A stretch of 64,000 bases of DNA from the NCBI RefSeq assembly GCF_001194135.2, contig NC_068986.1:4283735-4347734 (forward strand). The letters are read 5' to 3'. Shown piece after piece: positions 12,083-25,526 of the stretch. Source of the stretch: Octopus bimaculoides (Eukaryota). A program made the position numbers and the translations under genes. Every line of letters starts with the position of its first letter. Within the stretch, counting starts at the first letter, position 1. The notes under the pieces were generated by a model, which worked only from the letters and a program-made list of their open reading frames with translations, was not told the origin of the DNA and ran no database searches.

Positions 12083-12304
12083 CATATTTTGAGCAGGATG
12101 GGCTACTCGACCTGAAGAAAATTTAAACTGGGCCCCACCTGCACTGTTTACCTTGATATGAGATCACCATGTCGCACACGTATGGTTGAGATGCATATGC
12201 CTGGTGTACCCTTATCAGACGGGTAGTCATGATGGGTATACTGGGCTTCGTATATTTTACTTCAGTGTCACTTTGATGGTATGCAAGAAAATAATAATAA
12301 TAAT

Positions 12305-12490
12305 TTCAAATTTTGGCACAAAACCATCAATTTCAGAGGCTGAGGTACGTTGATTACATCAACCCCCATTGATATTTTATTGAATCCAAGAAGATGAAAG
12401 GCAAAGTTGACCATGGTGAAATTTGAACTCAGAACGTAAAGGCAGGCGAAATGCTGCTAGGGTTTTGTTTGATGTGCTAACAATCCTTCC
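12305..12490 (-). mobile_element. tRNA-derived SINE family B
   Basis: GATGAAAGGCAAAGTTGAC...AATTTGAACTCAGAACGTAAAG is the reverse complement of 60260-60428. Confidence 0.8.
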
Positions 12491-12852
12491 AGCTCTTCAT
12501 GATGATAACGCAACACGTTTAATTTTTCAATTTGCCAAAACTGGGAATGGAAAAAATAAAATGTAGAAATTCTTAAAAATACAGAATAGATATGAATATT
12601 TTTTTTTATATTTTACTGGTTGATGTCTTTTCTGATAAATAAGAAGATAAGTGTTTCATCAAATAATTCAAGAATTACCACAGAGGATATAAGAATATAA
12701 ATAATTCACATCTACATTGTAAAAATAAAAGCTATCATACTATCATGGTTGGGAAGCAAGCTTCTAATAACACAACCACACCTGCACCTAGAACCATGCC
12801 TGTATTTGTATATGTCCGTGTGTGTATGTATGTATGTATGTGCATATGTATA

Positions 12853-12917
<65 letters not shown>

Positions 12918-13132
12918 GTAATATTTCAAAGCCAGGAGTGCTTAAAGAGGAGTAATAACGGTACACCTCAGGAATTAACCAGTTAATGAATCATTAATTA
13001 ATAATACTTGAGCAGTCTGCAGATCCAAGGTTCGTTTAACAACAAAGTCTTGTACAGTCATTGCAAAATAACCGCTACAACATGAGTAAGATATGAAGAT
13101 GATGTAAGAGCATCTCGGTTCCTTATTTATTA

Positions 13133-13670
13133 TGTATTTGTGGTTTAGAAGCTTACTTCCCAACCTTCTGCCTCTGCATGACACCTTCAGGAAGTGTTTT
13201 CTACTGTAGCCCTGGTCTGATAAAAGCCTTGTGAAAGGATATGGTAGACAGAAACTGAAGGAAGTGTGTGTGTATTGTCTTCATCATCAATCATCATTTA
13301 ATGTCTCTTTTCCATGTTGGCATGGGTTGAACACTTTGAGAGGTGTTGGTAAGCTGGAGAGCTGCACCAGGCTTCAATTGTCTGTTTTGGCAAGGTTTCT
13401 ATGGTTGGATGCCCTTCCTAATCCCACCCACTTTACAGAGTGTACTGTCTGTGTTTTTGTGTCTGTCCCCTCCCCCTATCACTACTTGACAACTGGTGTT
13501 GCTTTGTTTACATCCCTGTAACTTAGCAATTTAGCAAGAATGACTGATAGAATAAGTACCAAACTTTAAAAAATAGACTAAATACAAAGGTTGATTTGTT
13601 CAACTAAACCTCTCGAGTCAGTGCACAAGCATGGCCACAGACCAATGATCAGAGTGAGTAAATGATGAAA
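13133..13670 (+). mobile_element. SINE family A interrupted by a minus-strand RTE 3' fragment (~13283-13445)
   Basis: SINE head to (TG)n, then CATCATC...CCATGTTGGCATGGGTTG RTE tail, then the SINE body resumes. Confidence 0.75.
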
Positions 13671-13898
13671 AGATGTGTGTGTGTGTGTATTGAATATATT
13701 ATTATTAAGAAGTGAACTGTAAGAAATGTCAAATTAAATGTTAAGTGGGATGAAGTTTTATATTACAAAATTAATATGAAAAAATTAAGAAAAAGATGTA
13801 TTTAGTAGTTTTCAGAATCTGTGAGTGAAATATGTAAAGTATTGGAATGGATTCTGAGCTTAATTTTTCTATCTTTACTTGTCATATTTTTTTTGACA

Positions 13899-14250
13899 GG
13901 TGCAGTTGTGGTTGTATGGAAAATAGTTTCTTTCCTAACCACATAGTTCTGGGTTTAGTTCCACTGCACATCACCTTAGCAAGTGTCTTCTGCTATAGCC
14001 CTAGTCAAACAAAGCCTTGTGAATGGGTATGGTAGACAGAAGTTGACAGAATCCTGTTGTGTGTGTGTGATCATTAATTGAAACCAATGATGGTTTGTGT
14101 ATATCCCCATAACTTAGCAATTCAGCAATAAGAGACTGATAGAATATGTACCAGGCTTGAAAAAAAACAAAAGCACCAGGGTTGATTTGTTCATATGACC
14201 CTTTTGATGCAGTGCCCAGCATTGATCACTGTCCAATCACTAAAACGAAT
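13899..14250 (+). mobile_element. SINE family A, full length
   Basis: Complete head, core, (TG)n and tail as at 2540. Confidence 0.85.
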
Positions 14251-14809
14251 TAAATAATATTGACGGAAGAAAACTCGATGTTCAATATTGTTTTATTAAC
14301 AGTTCTTTTATTTATTAGCTAATAGATATCCCTTTCATTTAATCTGTCCTTCTGGAGTTTCAGAAAATATTGAAGTACAATGAATGCACAAACTGCAAGG
14401 ATCCTAAATGATGAAAATGTGATTTAATGAAACTCTATTTTTATGTCACTTCATGTTAATGATAAGCTCACCAAGGCAGAAATAGGTCCCACAGGGTGGA
14501 AGGGAGTGGCAGTGCCAAGGGAGGTGAGGTAAGAGTGCATCCAGACTGCTGCAAGCAGTTTGATGAGGACACAGATTCTGTGGCAGATAAATGCTAAAGA
14601 AGGAAAAAGTCATTGTCACAACCCCCATCTGACCAAAGCCTGCATATTTTCCCCAAATATGCCAGAGCCTGTTGTTCATGTATCAGTTTACATAACCACT
14701 TGAAAGCTCGCTGCTTTTTCTCATGATTTTCTGACATGAAAGAACTGCCATTAGAATGTAAGGAACATAACTTTTGGAATATGGTCCTGATAGAAAAATT
14801 TACATTTAA

Positions 14810-15017
14810 CCCTTCAGCATTCAGATTATTGTCAAATTAATGCTTATTTATTTACATTGCTTCAAATTAATCATGCATTATCTTGTATCTTTGTGATTTC
14901 GATCATATGACTGTTTATTTTTAGAATGATTTTGTAGGATAAGTGTGAGAGGCAGGATCTGGCCAGTTTGAGCCTAAAACAGGCAGAATATTTTGGTTGG
15001 TTTAAATGCTAAAAGGG
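14810..15017 (+). mobile_element. TTAA-flanked MITE family A
   Basis: TTAA|CCCTTCAGCATT...AATGCTAAAAGGG|TTAA. Confidence 0.85.
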
Positions 15018-15269
15018 TTAACCATGACCATTTTCCAATGGTTGAGAGTGGTAGGAGGAAGGAAGGAGGTAATCATTAGACTAGAGACCAATCCAATATG
15101 TTTGCAACAGAGTGGTCTCTGCTAAAAGTACCCAAAGGCCAAAGGTCAAGTAGAGTTCTTGAACTTTTTGATAATTTACAATTCTTTTCTGATAAACTTT
15201 TAAGTAAGCAAAATTAAAATGAAAATATAAAAAAAATATCCTTTCAATAATACTCAGTGTTGGTTTCTC

Positions 15270-15590
15270 ATGTCTCTGTTTGTGTATGTGTATGCATGTG
15301 TATATGCATGTATGTATACGTATGTATGCATATGCATACATGTGTATGAATGTATGTATGCATGTGTGTGTGCATGTATGAATATGCATGCATGTGTGTA
15401 TGCATATGCATGCATGTGTGTATGCATATGCATGCATGTGTGTATGCATATGCATACATGTGTGTGTGTATGTATGAATATGCATGCATGTGTATGTATG
15501 TTTTTCATATGTGTGTGTGTGCATTTGTATTTGTGTGTATGCATCTATGTTATGTATATGCATGTGTATATACGTACATGTGAGCTGATA
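15270..15590. repeat. Complex alternating purine-pyrimidine microsatellite (TATG/CATG/TGTG)
   Basis: Direct reading. It generates the spurious HT-, MC- and YI-rich ORFs. Confidence 0.95.
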
Positions 15591-16068
15591 GCTTACATTG
15601 TTTTTAAATGAGTTTTGATTATCTTTTAACTTACAAAGCTGAATCTAATTATATTAATTTAAGTTTCTGTTGAGCTTGCACTTTTGTTATTGAGATTAAA
15701 TGCTGAAGTGTGAAGGACAGCATTTTAAAACTGCATGTCTTTGGTCTTGTTCTGTGACTTGGTATATATATCTAAAGGTTAGCATATATGTGAATATTTT
15801 AGGGAAACTTTTTTTTTTTTTATAATTTCTCTATCTCCTCGCAAACACTAACATTTTGAGATAAAAATAGAAATGTACAATAGTTTTTTTAATCTCTATG
15901 ACTAACCTCTTTAAAAACCTTTTTCCCTTTTTTTTCAACTGTTAAAACATTTTGAATGGTTTATTTGCATTCCATGGTAAAAAGTTTGTGTATGTATATG
16001 TGAATATTTGTGTGTATGCATCTATGTATACATTTGTATGTATGTATCTACATCTATGTGTGTATGTG

Positions 16069-16121
<53 letters not shown>

Positions 16122-16554
16122 ATGTGTGTGTGTGTATATATATATATAAATACACACACACACACACACACATTATAACCCACTCTATTGACAAATATAC
16201 AAATGTTTACTTTTCCTGATGTATGGATTCTTAGATGGCATACATATGTGCGTGTGTATGTACAGCTTGATAAACTAGATAGCAATATAGCTATCTACTT
16301 CTCTCACTTTCTTTCTCTCTCTCTATATATATATATTGATGGAGGGAGTGAGCTTATGTGAACATAAACAGTTGATCACTATAAACAAATCATCTGTGTG
16401 GTTGTTCAGCAAGAAATTGCCAAACCCTCATACATCATCTAATGATGGGAGAATCCATTATATATACATATATATACGCACACACACACACACACATCTA
16501 TACCCTTGACCACCCATGACCTGTTGGGTCACCAATAGTTCAAGGTACTCGAAA

Positions 16555-16770
16555 AAACTGCGTATCTCAGGAATCCATGGTCCAATTTACATGAAACTTG
16601 CTTTTCCCTGTGTATTCACATTTCAATGGTACCTTTCAAAGCATTTTCCCCATTTTATGCTGGTTTGGCTATTTATAAAGGTACCCGAAAAAAAAAAAAA
16701 CGCATATCTCAGTAACCCATGGTCTGATTTATGCAAAACTTGTTTTGTTCTATTTGTATTCACATGAGCA
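16555..16770 (+). repeat. ~142-bp tandem units (ATCTCAG..CCATGGTC.ATTTA..GAAACTTG), with related copies at ~17776 and ~20633
   Basis: Units at 16559 and 16701 align. They resemble internal repeats of non-autonomous DNA or rolling-circle elements (class inferred). Confidence 0.6.
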
Positions 16771-16883
16771 TCCGATTCCTGATCTCTCCTGCTTCTGTCT
16801 CTTTCTCTCTGTTCTGCCAGATGCTCAGCCCTTGTTTTATCAGTCTCATTGACCCTTCTATTTGCATGCCTGTCTCGATCTTG

Positions 16884-17378
16884 GGTAAAATTATTTTGTT
16901 AAGGACCCATTCGTACTTCAGTGTGAAATAATTTTTTCCACAGGTTTTTTGAGTGCATTCAACGTATCTCACCTCCAAACCCACCACAAACCACTTTTTC
17001 TTCCATAAAAGAAAGGGAGCAAAGCTTTGTGGAGACCTCGGAGTTTCCTACCAATGGAGTTTTGTTTTGTGAATTTTTAAAATTTTTTTCCAGGTTATTT
17101 TGCATGCTTTCAATGAATGTGACATCAAAAAATCACACATAAACAACTCATTTCTTTAGAAGAGGAAAGATATGGCTGCTGTTTCTTGCATGTCCTGCTA
17201 CCATGTAACAGCTATTTTGAGTCCTTTATTGCAAATTGCTGATACATAGTATTATGGCGTGCTAGAAATAACAGCCAAATCTTTGGAGGTAAAGCATGTT
17301 GAATGCACTCAAAAAAATCCTATGGAAAAATAATTTTCACATCGAGGTTACGAACGGGTCTTTTACAAAATATTTACT
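16884..17378. mobile_element. MITE with ~95-bp TIRs (superfamily uncertain: GGTAA end would suggest Merlin, TTAA|GG would suggest Kolobok)
   Basis: 16884-16980 is the reverse complement of 17281-17378. The internal segment is homologous to 47740-47910 on the minus strand. Confidence 0.8.
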
Positions 17379-18048
17379 ATATTTTTAAAGTCATTTTCAC
17401 TTTAAAATATTTTAAGATATTTTTTAAATATGCCAAAGAAATTTTGTAATGGTATTCACTTGAAAATAGTTTAAAAAACATTAGAATATAGTCTGTTTAA
17501 AGAAAGCTAAAATATGAATACTTACTGTGCAGACAATTTAAATTTTTGAAATCACATTCACTTAAAAATATTTCTAAATGATTAAAATATTGTGTTTAAC
17601 AAAAGTGAAAATAGAAACATTTACTGTAAAAGGCAACTCATTTTTTCGTTGTCGAGTCACGAATGTGAAATTGAAAGGTTAGAGTTTCTTCCCTTTCAGG
17701 GTTAAGTTATTTTCAAAGTATTTTCCGATTATGCACTGTTTGGGATATTTGTAACCCCCCCCCCACCAAACCATTAATATCTCAACAACCAGTTGTCTGA
17801 TTTATATGAAACTTGTTTTGTATTCCGTTTGTATTCACATTTCAGGGGGGGGGGGCTTAATTCATAGTATTTTCCCATTATGCACCAGTTTAGCTTGGTA
17901 ACATTGCAGGCAAGAAAGCGAGATTGAAGTTCATTTTTAATGTATTATAGATATATAGTGAGGTAGGTAGATATTTCATTTTATATCTCTTTTAATAATT
18001 CTACTTAGATGCTATTTACATGCTGTTTGTATATGTGCATGTGCGCAT

Positions 18049-18100
<52 letters not shown>

Positions 18101-18717
18101 GTATAAGATCTACTTGGGCTAAGAACTTGTGGACCTTTTTATTCAAACAGTGCATATGAGCCACAGAACTCTGTGTGTAATAAAAGTTCAGGAATTCGCA
18201 TACAGCCTGAGGACATGTGCATCGCATATACATAGAAACTGCTGACAACTGGAGAGGCCTAAACAATTCAAAACATTTACATTATCACAAAAGGTTAAAA
18301 ACCTTCAAAAAACAATTTCCTTATATGCTGATTTTCTTCAAATATAATTTTTCCATTGTTTAAACAATTGCTGTTTCATGGCCAAGAGTTCAAATTGTAA
18401 TTTTTGCATTGGAGTTATAGAACACCAATTCAAAAATTTGTAATTTTATATTCCAAGATTTTCCTCACTAGTATTGACAAACTATCAAAGAAAATGCTGT
18501 GAGCTATATATTGTTCATTCTCATTATATTCTTGGTTCAAGCTCTACTTGTACCAAATTTGTACTTTATCTTTCTGATGTTGATAAATTAAGTACCAGTC
18601 AAGGACTGGGCTTGATTTAATTGCTAGTTGATCCTTCTCACAAATGTGAGGCCTATGTAATATTAGGATTTTAAAAAAGGGATAAAAGCTCCTTCCTGAA
18701 TCATATACACTCTTAAG

Positions 18718-18925
18718 GCTGGTTTCTCACTTTCTGTGGCGTATACATTAACCCCTGGAGTAATCCATTGCAGGATTACTCATTTTTGCTAGTGTAGTGA
18801 ACTGGCAAAACAAGCAATAAAGTGTCTTGTTCAAGAACATAATATACTGCCCGGTCCAGGAATTGAAATAATCACAATCTTATGATCATGAATCCGACAA
18901 CCTAACCACTAAGCCACTCACCTCC
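18718..18925 (-). mobile_element. SINE family C
   Basis: Reverse complement of the 8326 copy (CCTAACCACTAAGCCAC head, GTCTTGTTCAAGAACA). Confidence 0.75.
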
Positions 18926-19325
18926 ACCTCCACCTGGACAATATTACAAATCTGTATTTTGCCTTCTGTTTTAATTTCAGAACACATTTAAAACAATGAT
19001 AATAAATAACACACACATCCAATTGTTGTAAAACACGTTTGTCTCTTCTATAAAATGGATATGAAAATATCCAAAAGATTGGAACTGTACCTTACTTTCT
19101 GTGACAACTAAGAAACAAAAAATGTTAGAAACAAAACTTTTCTTATTCAGTGACTTTAGAAATGGATTAATCACTATCCATAGGTATAAGCATGGCCATA
19201 TTATTAAGAGGTTCACATCACAACTATGTGGCTTTCGGTTTTATCATCCTATTCTGTAGAATTCTGAGGAGCTGACCAACGTTATGTGAAAGTATTCAGT
19301 ATTTTGATACTGCCAGAAGCCTACA

Positions 19326-19740
19326 GTGTGTGTGTGTGTGTATATGCATGTATATATGTATATGCATGTATGTATGTATATATGCATGTTTGTGTGTATA
19401 TATGCATGTATGTATATATGCATGTATGTATATATGCTGTATGTATGTAAATATGCATGTGTATGTATGTATATATGCATGTGTATGTATGTATATATAC
19501 ATGTGTATGTATGTATATATGCATGTGTATGTATGTATATATGCATGTGTATTTATGTATGTACATAAGCATGTGTATGTATGTATGTATGCTTGTGTGT
19601 ATGTATGTATGCTTGTGTGTATGTATGTATGCTTGTGTGTATGTATATATGCATGTGTGTATGTATGTATGTATGCATGTGTGTGTGTATATGTGTGCCT
19701 ATATGTATGTAATTATGCATATGTGTGTGTGTGTGTATAA
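19326..19740. repeat. Complex (TATG/CATG/TGTA)n microsatellite
   Basis: Direct reading. Confidence 0.95.
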
Positions 19741-19904
19741 TGCAGCCATACTTATACTGTGAAGAACACTTCCCAACCACTTGGTTTCAAGTTCAGTCCC
19801 ATCGCATGATACCATGGACAAGTGCTTTCTACCATAGGCCCAAGTTTACCAAAGCCTGGTGACTTAGTTTCGTAGATAAAACTGAAAGAAGCTTGTTGTA
19901 TGTG

Positions 19905-19914
<10 letters not shown>

Positions 19915-20000
<86 letters not shown>

Positions 20001-20001
20001 A
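19915..20001. repeat. (TA)n microsatellite following a SINE A head (19740-19905)
   Basis: Direct reading. Confidence 0.9.
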
Positions 20002-20884
20002 TATACATATGTACATACATTCATACACACAAACAATTGAAAGTAACTGGAAGGCATGACATGTTACCAGATAATTTGGGTTAAATAAGGAGTTCCACAC
20101 TTCAATCCTATATTTCAAGTGATGTGAAACCAGCGGTCATATCACAGGATCACGGTATATAATAAGAAACACAGAAAACATAATTAGTATTTTTAAGCTT
20201 TGTAGAACATACACATTTTCCGTAAGCCAGCTGGCTCACTTTCTCAGTATTATAGCAATTATAATACTAAGGGTATAAACATTTTGGCATTTGGAGACAT
20301 TTGTATCTTTTATAAAGTTTAAAAATACCAATTATGTTTCCTGCATTTTTTATTACTTTGTGTGTGTGTGTCCTTATATTGATATCATGTGATACTTGTA
20401 AATGAGTTTCACTATCATATATATTTAATAATCAAGGGTAAAATCTTTATAAGATTTTATGAAGTAGCCAGTGTGTAATGAACCATATAGGTAATAACTG
20501 TAGTTCTTAGAGCCATTTGGCATCTATTTCTAGCATGTGATGCTATTTACTAGTGCTCTTATTATTACCTTCGCCTTAGCAAAGGTGGTGGTGTTGTTTT
20601 CAGTTGCATTTGTTTATTTGTCTTTGGACAAGATATCTCAAAAACCGCTGGATGGATTCAGATGAAACTTTGAAGGATGTTGGTCTTGTGCCTGGTACGA
20701 ACTGATTAGATTTTGCGTACTGGGGTTGATCTAATCAACTAGCCCTCGCCCTACAAAAATGTTGGGACTTGTGCCTATAGTAGAAAAGTATATTGTTACA
20801 GAATATAGAAAGAAGTGTAAAACCGATAACTATATAATCCAACCAAAATATCTCAGTTGCGCAAATGTAAACAGAATTACTATC

Positions 20885-21310
20885 TAGCCTTGTCTACCAA
20901 ATCCACTCACAGTGCTTTGGCTGGCCTGAGGCTACAGTAGAAGTCCAATGTGCCATGCAGTGGAACTGAACCCAGAACTATGTGGTTGGGAAGCAAACTT
21001 CTTACCACACAGCCATGCCTACAAACACACACACACATATCTTCAAAATATTGCTGGCAGTGACTTTAAAGTTTCAGCCAGCTAAGCCATTATTGGACAA
21101 AAAGATAAGCATTAATGTGTGTGTGTGTGCACGTGCTTGCCCTAGTGCTTATGTCCCCTGTACTTAACAGTTTGGCAAAAGTGACTAATAGAATAAATAC
21201 TAGACTTTAAAAAAATCAGTGCTTGGGATGGATTTGTTTTGACTAAGCCCCCTTCAAGACAGTGCCCTGGTATGGCCATAGTCCAATGACTGAAACAAGT
21301 AAAAGAACAA
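20885..21310. mobile_element. SINE A head (minus, 20885-21018) next to a SINE A body and tail (plus, ~21050-21310)
   Basis: TCTACCAAATCCACTCAC...ACCACACAGCCATGCC, then GAATAAATACTAG...ACTGAAACAAGTAAAAGA. Confidence 0.7.
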
Positions 21311-21822
21311 CTATAAAATATATATATATATATATTCACACAGAAATAAAACTGCATAGGAGAGGAGAAGGTATCAATTCATTCTGGAATTTGAAGGCTC
21401 CATTTAAAATATTCATGTTTAAGTTCATTGCTTTTCATAACTTTCTCTTGCACTGTATCTCATTTCCTACAGTGGCAGTTAACAACCATGAAAATACTGC
21501 TCTATATCATTTCGATCACATTTTGCTAGCTTCCACCCTCTCGATTCTCTAATATATGGAGGAGCGAATGAAAAAAAAAAATCAATTCTCTTTCTATTCA
21601 GGACTTTCAGTTATATGGAGGAAATATGTTCTTGAACTTTTTTTCCTATTCTATTTTTACATTAACCTTCTAGCACACAAACTCTCATTTGCAACTCTGT
21701 CATTTCATTCTGACTATATTATTTATAGAATGTCATCTGAAATTTATCTACATTTTTACCTCTTCCATAGACTTTTTAATTTTAATTTCTTTTTTTTTAA
21801 ATTTATTTCCATCAATCTTCAG

Positions 21823-22002
21823 TGTATTACACTTCAAGGTATGAAAGTACTCCCATGTACATTAATGTTTCAGAAATGCATTCAATGCAAAGCACAAAAT
21901 TTGTGACTCTTTTTGCTGTTATGATGGGAACTATAAAAATGTATCTAAGATCAAATTTTAGAGATTCTACAAGAGTTCAAAATAATATTTCTTGGCAGAC
22001 AG
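21823..22002 (+). CDS. Candidate internal exon (180 nt, phase 1-1), product unknown
   Basis: Acceptor TTTATTTCCATCAATCTTCAG and donor CAG|GTATTC. Open frame YYTSRYESTPMYINVSEMHSMQSTKFVTLFAVMMGTIKMYLRSNFRDSTRVQNNISWQT. No homology recognised. Confidence 0.35.
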
Positions 22003-22699
22003 GTATTCTCACACATTTATTAAGTATTATTTACCTTTCTTTTTTCATTTTTTTTTCTTTTTTCAATGCTTGATATCAAGGAATTTAAGTTGAGGATATT
22101 GCTGTCAGGTCTATTATTTATGACTTCAGCTGAAATGTTAGTTTGACTGACTGCTTACATTATTTGTGTCACTTAGTTTTTGAATTTGTTTATATATATA
22201 TGATTGGCTGGAAATAAGGTTTCTTTAATTTTCTTTTCTTTTTATTTTTCATTTTGCTTTTCACTTTTAAGCTTTTCACTTTTGGAATGTTTAACTTCAG
22301 CCAAAATATATGTTTGAAATTCCTAGTTTAAAATAATTATATTTAGGATAATGTTTTATTATGGAAACATAATTGGGGATAAAGTATTTAAGTGAATGTT
22401 ATTTAAAAAATGATTAGCCATCAGAAGAATAGAATTAGTAATATATTTGAAACTAGTTTAGATCTTGATGTTACATAAGCCTCTTTGATGGATATTTGAA
22501 TGAAAGGATTAATCAAGAGCAGATACTGTATGGAAGCCTGTTGTATATATGTCTATATGTATGTAGACATGTATGCTTATAGAGAGCTGTGGCTAAACAG
22601 TGGGGGTCAGTGTGTATGTGTGTCTTAAAGAGTAAAAAAAAAGCCACTTTGATACAGGCCTAGGCTTTCACAACCTAGGTCTAGTTGTATAGATGAGTA

Positions 22700-23285
22700 T
22701 CCCATCATTGTACACTAGAGATAGCACTCTCACCCCCCTCAGCAGTGTACACTTAGAGAAGAGCCCCTTACCAGTGTGCACTATAGGCAGAGCCTTCTGT
22801 TCACCTGTGTAAAACCCCACCCCATCCCCAGCAGTGTATACTAGAAACAGGGCATGTCAGCAGTGCACACTAGAAGCAGGACCCACCAGCTGTGTACACT
22901 GAGAGCAGGGCTCACCAGCTGTGTACATTGGGAGCAAAGCCCACCAGCCATGTACATCGGGAGCAGGGCCCACCAGCTGTGTACACTGAGAGCAGGGCCC
23001 ACCAGCTGTGTACACTGAGAGCAGGGCCCGCCAGCCATGTACATTGGGAGCAGGGCCTGCCAGCCATGTACATTGGGAGCAGGGCCCGCCAGCCGTGTAC
23101 ACTGGGCAAAGGGCCCACCAGCTGTATACACTGGGCAAAGGGCCCGCCAGCCGTTTACACTGGGCAAGGGGCTTGCCAGCAATGTACAGTGGGCAAGGGG
23201 CCTGCCAGCAGTATACACTGGAATCAGGGACCGCTTGTTGTGTACATACACTAAGAGCAGGGCCTACCACTTGTGTATACCTTAT
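22700..23285. repeat. GC-rich 29-bp minisatellite (~20 units, degenerate at the edges)
   Basis: Consensus TGTGTACACTGAGAGCAGGGCCCACCAGC in tandem with no spacers. Confidence 0.95.
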
Positions 23286-23789
23286 CGGTCTACATGTGAA
23301 TGGAACAGTCACATCAGTAACTTTCTGTGCATAATGTTGAAGATCAATGGAAACCACATATGAGAAACTCAGCCAAGAGTTTGTTTGCGTCGTGGTTGAA
23401 AGTCTTACTAGTGGCAGGAAATGATATTGAGTTCTCTGAAGAACTCAGGTGTGCAATACCACTGATGTATGACATACTGGTTGTAAGCTAGTAATGAAAG
23501 ATACTCTGGTTGTTGTTGTTGTTTGATCACGGATAAGCCCTGATTAAGCAGACCTGTAATAAAAGGCATTCCTGTCATCACTATTTGATCTTTTCATAAC
23601 TCTAGAACTACTTTGTTCAATATGTCCTTTCTTTTATAAGACAGCAGCGTATGATTATCAGAAAATGGGCAACTATTTCTAGCAGGTTGAGTGACTAAGT
23701 AAAAGCTTCCTAAGTTGATAAAGGAGTTGATTGTTTATTACTGTCTCCATTACTTATGAAAATGGGAGACATTAAAGCAGAACTATACA

Positions 23790-24225
23790 CATGACTCTTT
23801 CCAAGGCCTCCAAGACCAGTGGGAAGAGGTGAGGAAATATTCTCAACAGAGTGGGCTCCACTACAGATTTTTAAAAGCTAAGTGAGCTCTATTGAAGATC
23901 GATCTCAAAATGCTGAGCCTTACAAAAGAGATGACAGAGGATTAAGATTTGTGGTGCATTGTTGTACTCAAGAAGACTCACCTACTACAACAGAATTGAG
24001 ATCCTAATATCAAGGTGCCACATAAAAGTGTTGGTGTAGGTGCTATAATAAAAAGCACTGGAGATGGTATTATGTAAAAAGCACCCAGTACATTTTGTAT
24101 AGTGGTTGGCGTTAGGAAACCAAGCCAAAACAGACTATGACACCTGATGCAGCTGCTGTCCTTGTCAGCTCCTGTCAAACTATCCAACCCATGCCAGCAT
24201 AGAAAATGGACATTAAATGTTGATT
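23790..24225 (+). mobile_element. RTE LINE 3' end, decayed
   Basis: DLKMLSLTKEMTED-like end, then UTR ending CCAACCCATGCCAGCATAGAAAATGGACATTAAA. Confidence 0.75.
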
Positions 24226-25526
24226 ATGACAATCATGTATGAAATGGAGCTGGAAGTTCTTCATAACAACAACAAAAAGTTTTTTTTTATCTCTTCAAAA
24301 AATTCAGTTCTCCAGTGACCCATGGCGTACAAACTTATCTAACACTGCGGACTATATTAAAGTATTTTTGTAAGAACAGATCACCTCTACTAACTTCGTA
24401 TGAAATCTGGTTTTTATATGTTATCTTCCAACAGCTGTTGTTTCATCCAGATCTGCTCTCATCTAAGGCATTTCAAGTGTTGGAGTACGATTTTAAGATT
24501 TGGTTGCTCTTTCTAGTTGGTTGAGCAGCCTGATAGGCATTGAACTAATAAGTAAAGTATACAGTATATAGAATCTAATGGTAAACAGGTTGTACATTGT
24601 GACAATGTAAAAATGTGTCACTTGTATCATGTCAACATGGTAGTCATACAATATTTAGATACCTGAAATTATATCCTCCATAGTCCATTTCCCAATTGGA
24701 TTTCTTCAGAATTGACACCTTTTCAGAAGACAACACTTCCATTTGTTTTCTTCCTAGTTTTTCGGTTAGTTGTGATGTAACACCTATTTTTTTTTTTTTT
24801 TTTTGCCTTTCTATTTTTGATTTGAATTCACTAATGTTCTGTTGCATTTCAGATCAGCTTTTACATAGAAAATATAATTACTTTGACATAAATTTAGGTG
24901 GTTTTTGTTTTTTTACATGTGACCACCCAATTAGTATTTCTGTGCTAGAATCTGATGAATCTGTCAAAAATTAAAACTTGTTTAAAAAAAAAAAATCCAC
25001 AGTGAAGAAAATACCTGAAAAGTATCTGAAGAAATTAGAAAGCTATCATGTAGTATAGTCTACTAACATCTTAAGCAACTTTGTTCTGTTTAATTTCCTA
25101 ATTAAGTCTTAAGTCTTGTAAACTTCAAAATTAGATTTACTTTATTCTTCATTTTGTTTGTTTTTGTTTAGACTCACTACGTGTGTTTGCCATGCTTTAA
25201 GTAAAATCTTCAGATTTGCTATTTGTTAGCTAGCTGGAGACAGGATGTTGTTTGAGTTAATAGCCTTAATGACAGACATGTGCAAAGAAAACAAAAATTA
25301 ATATATGCTGATATATTTCCATTTAATTGAATCTTGTCTTGAGGATACAGTGTTTTCATTTTATAGCCCCTGTAAATTGAATTGCTTACAATCGATCATG
25401 AAATAATGACTCAACTCATTTTAGTTTTCACCAAAACTTGTGACAATTTTTTTTTTTGTGTTTTTGATACATTTTCTTTTTTTTTGCTTGAAATCACATA
25501 TTACTTTGCTGATTGATTCATCTTAG

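Noticed and set aside
14446-14679. Host exon or ORF
   Set aside because: It looks more like a highly decayed relative of the 45.5-kb LINE remnant, and is too degraded to call.
15081-20118. HT-, CV-, YI- and MY-rich ORFs
   Set aside because: They are translations of dinucleotide and tetranucleotide microsatellites.
22700-23285. CRISPR array or repeat-protein gene
   Set aside because: The units are contiguous with no unique spacers and there are no cas genes. Six open frames follow from a nearly stop-free 29-nt unit.
24644-24847. Minus-strand ORF ending SNWEMDYGGYNFR
   Set aside because: It contains an 18-A run and lacks a pyrimidine-rich acceptor; the same DNA looks like a plus-strand intron.
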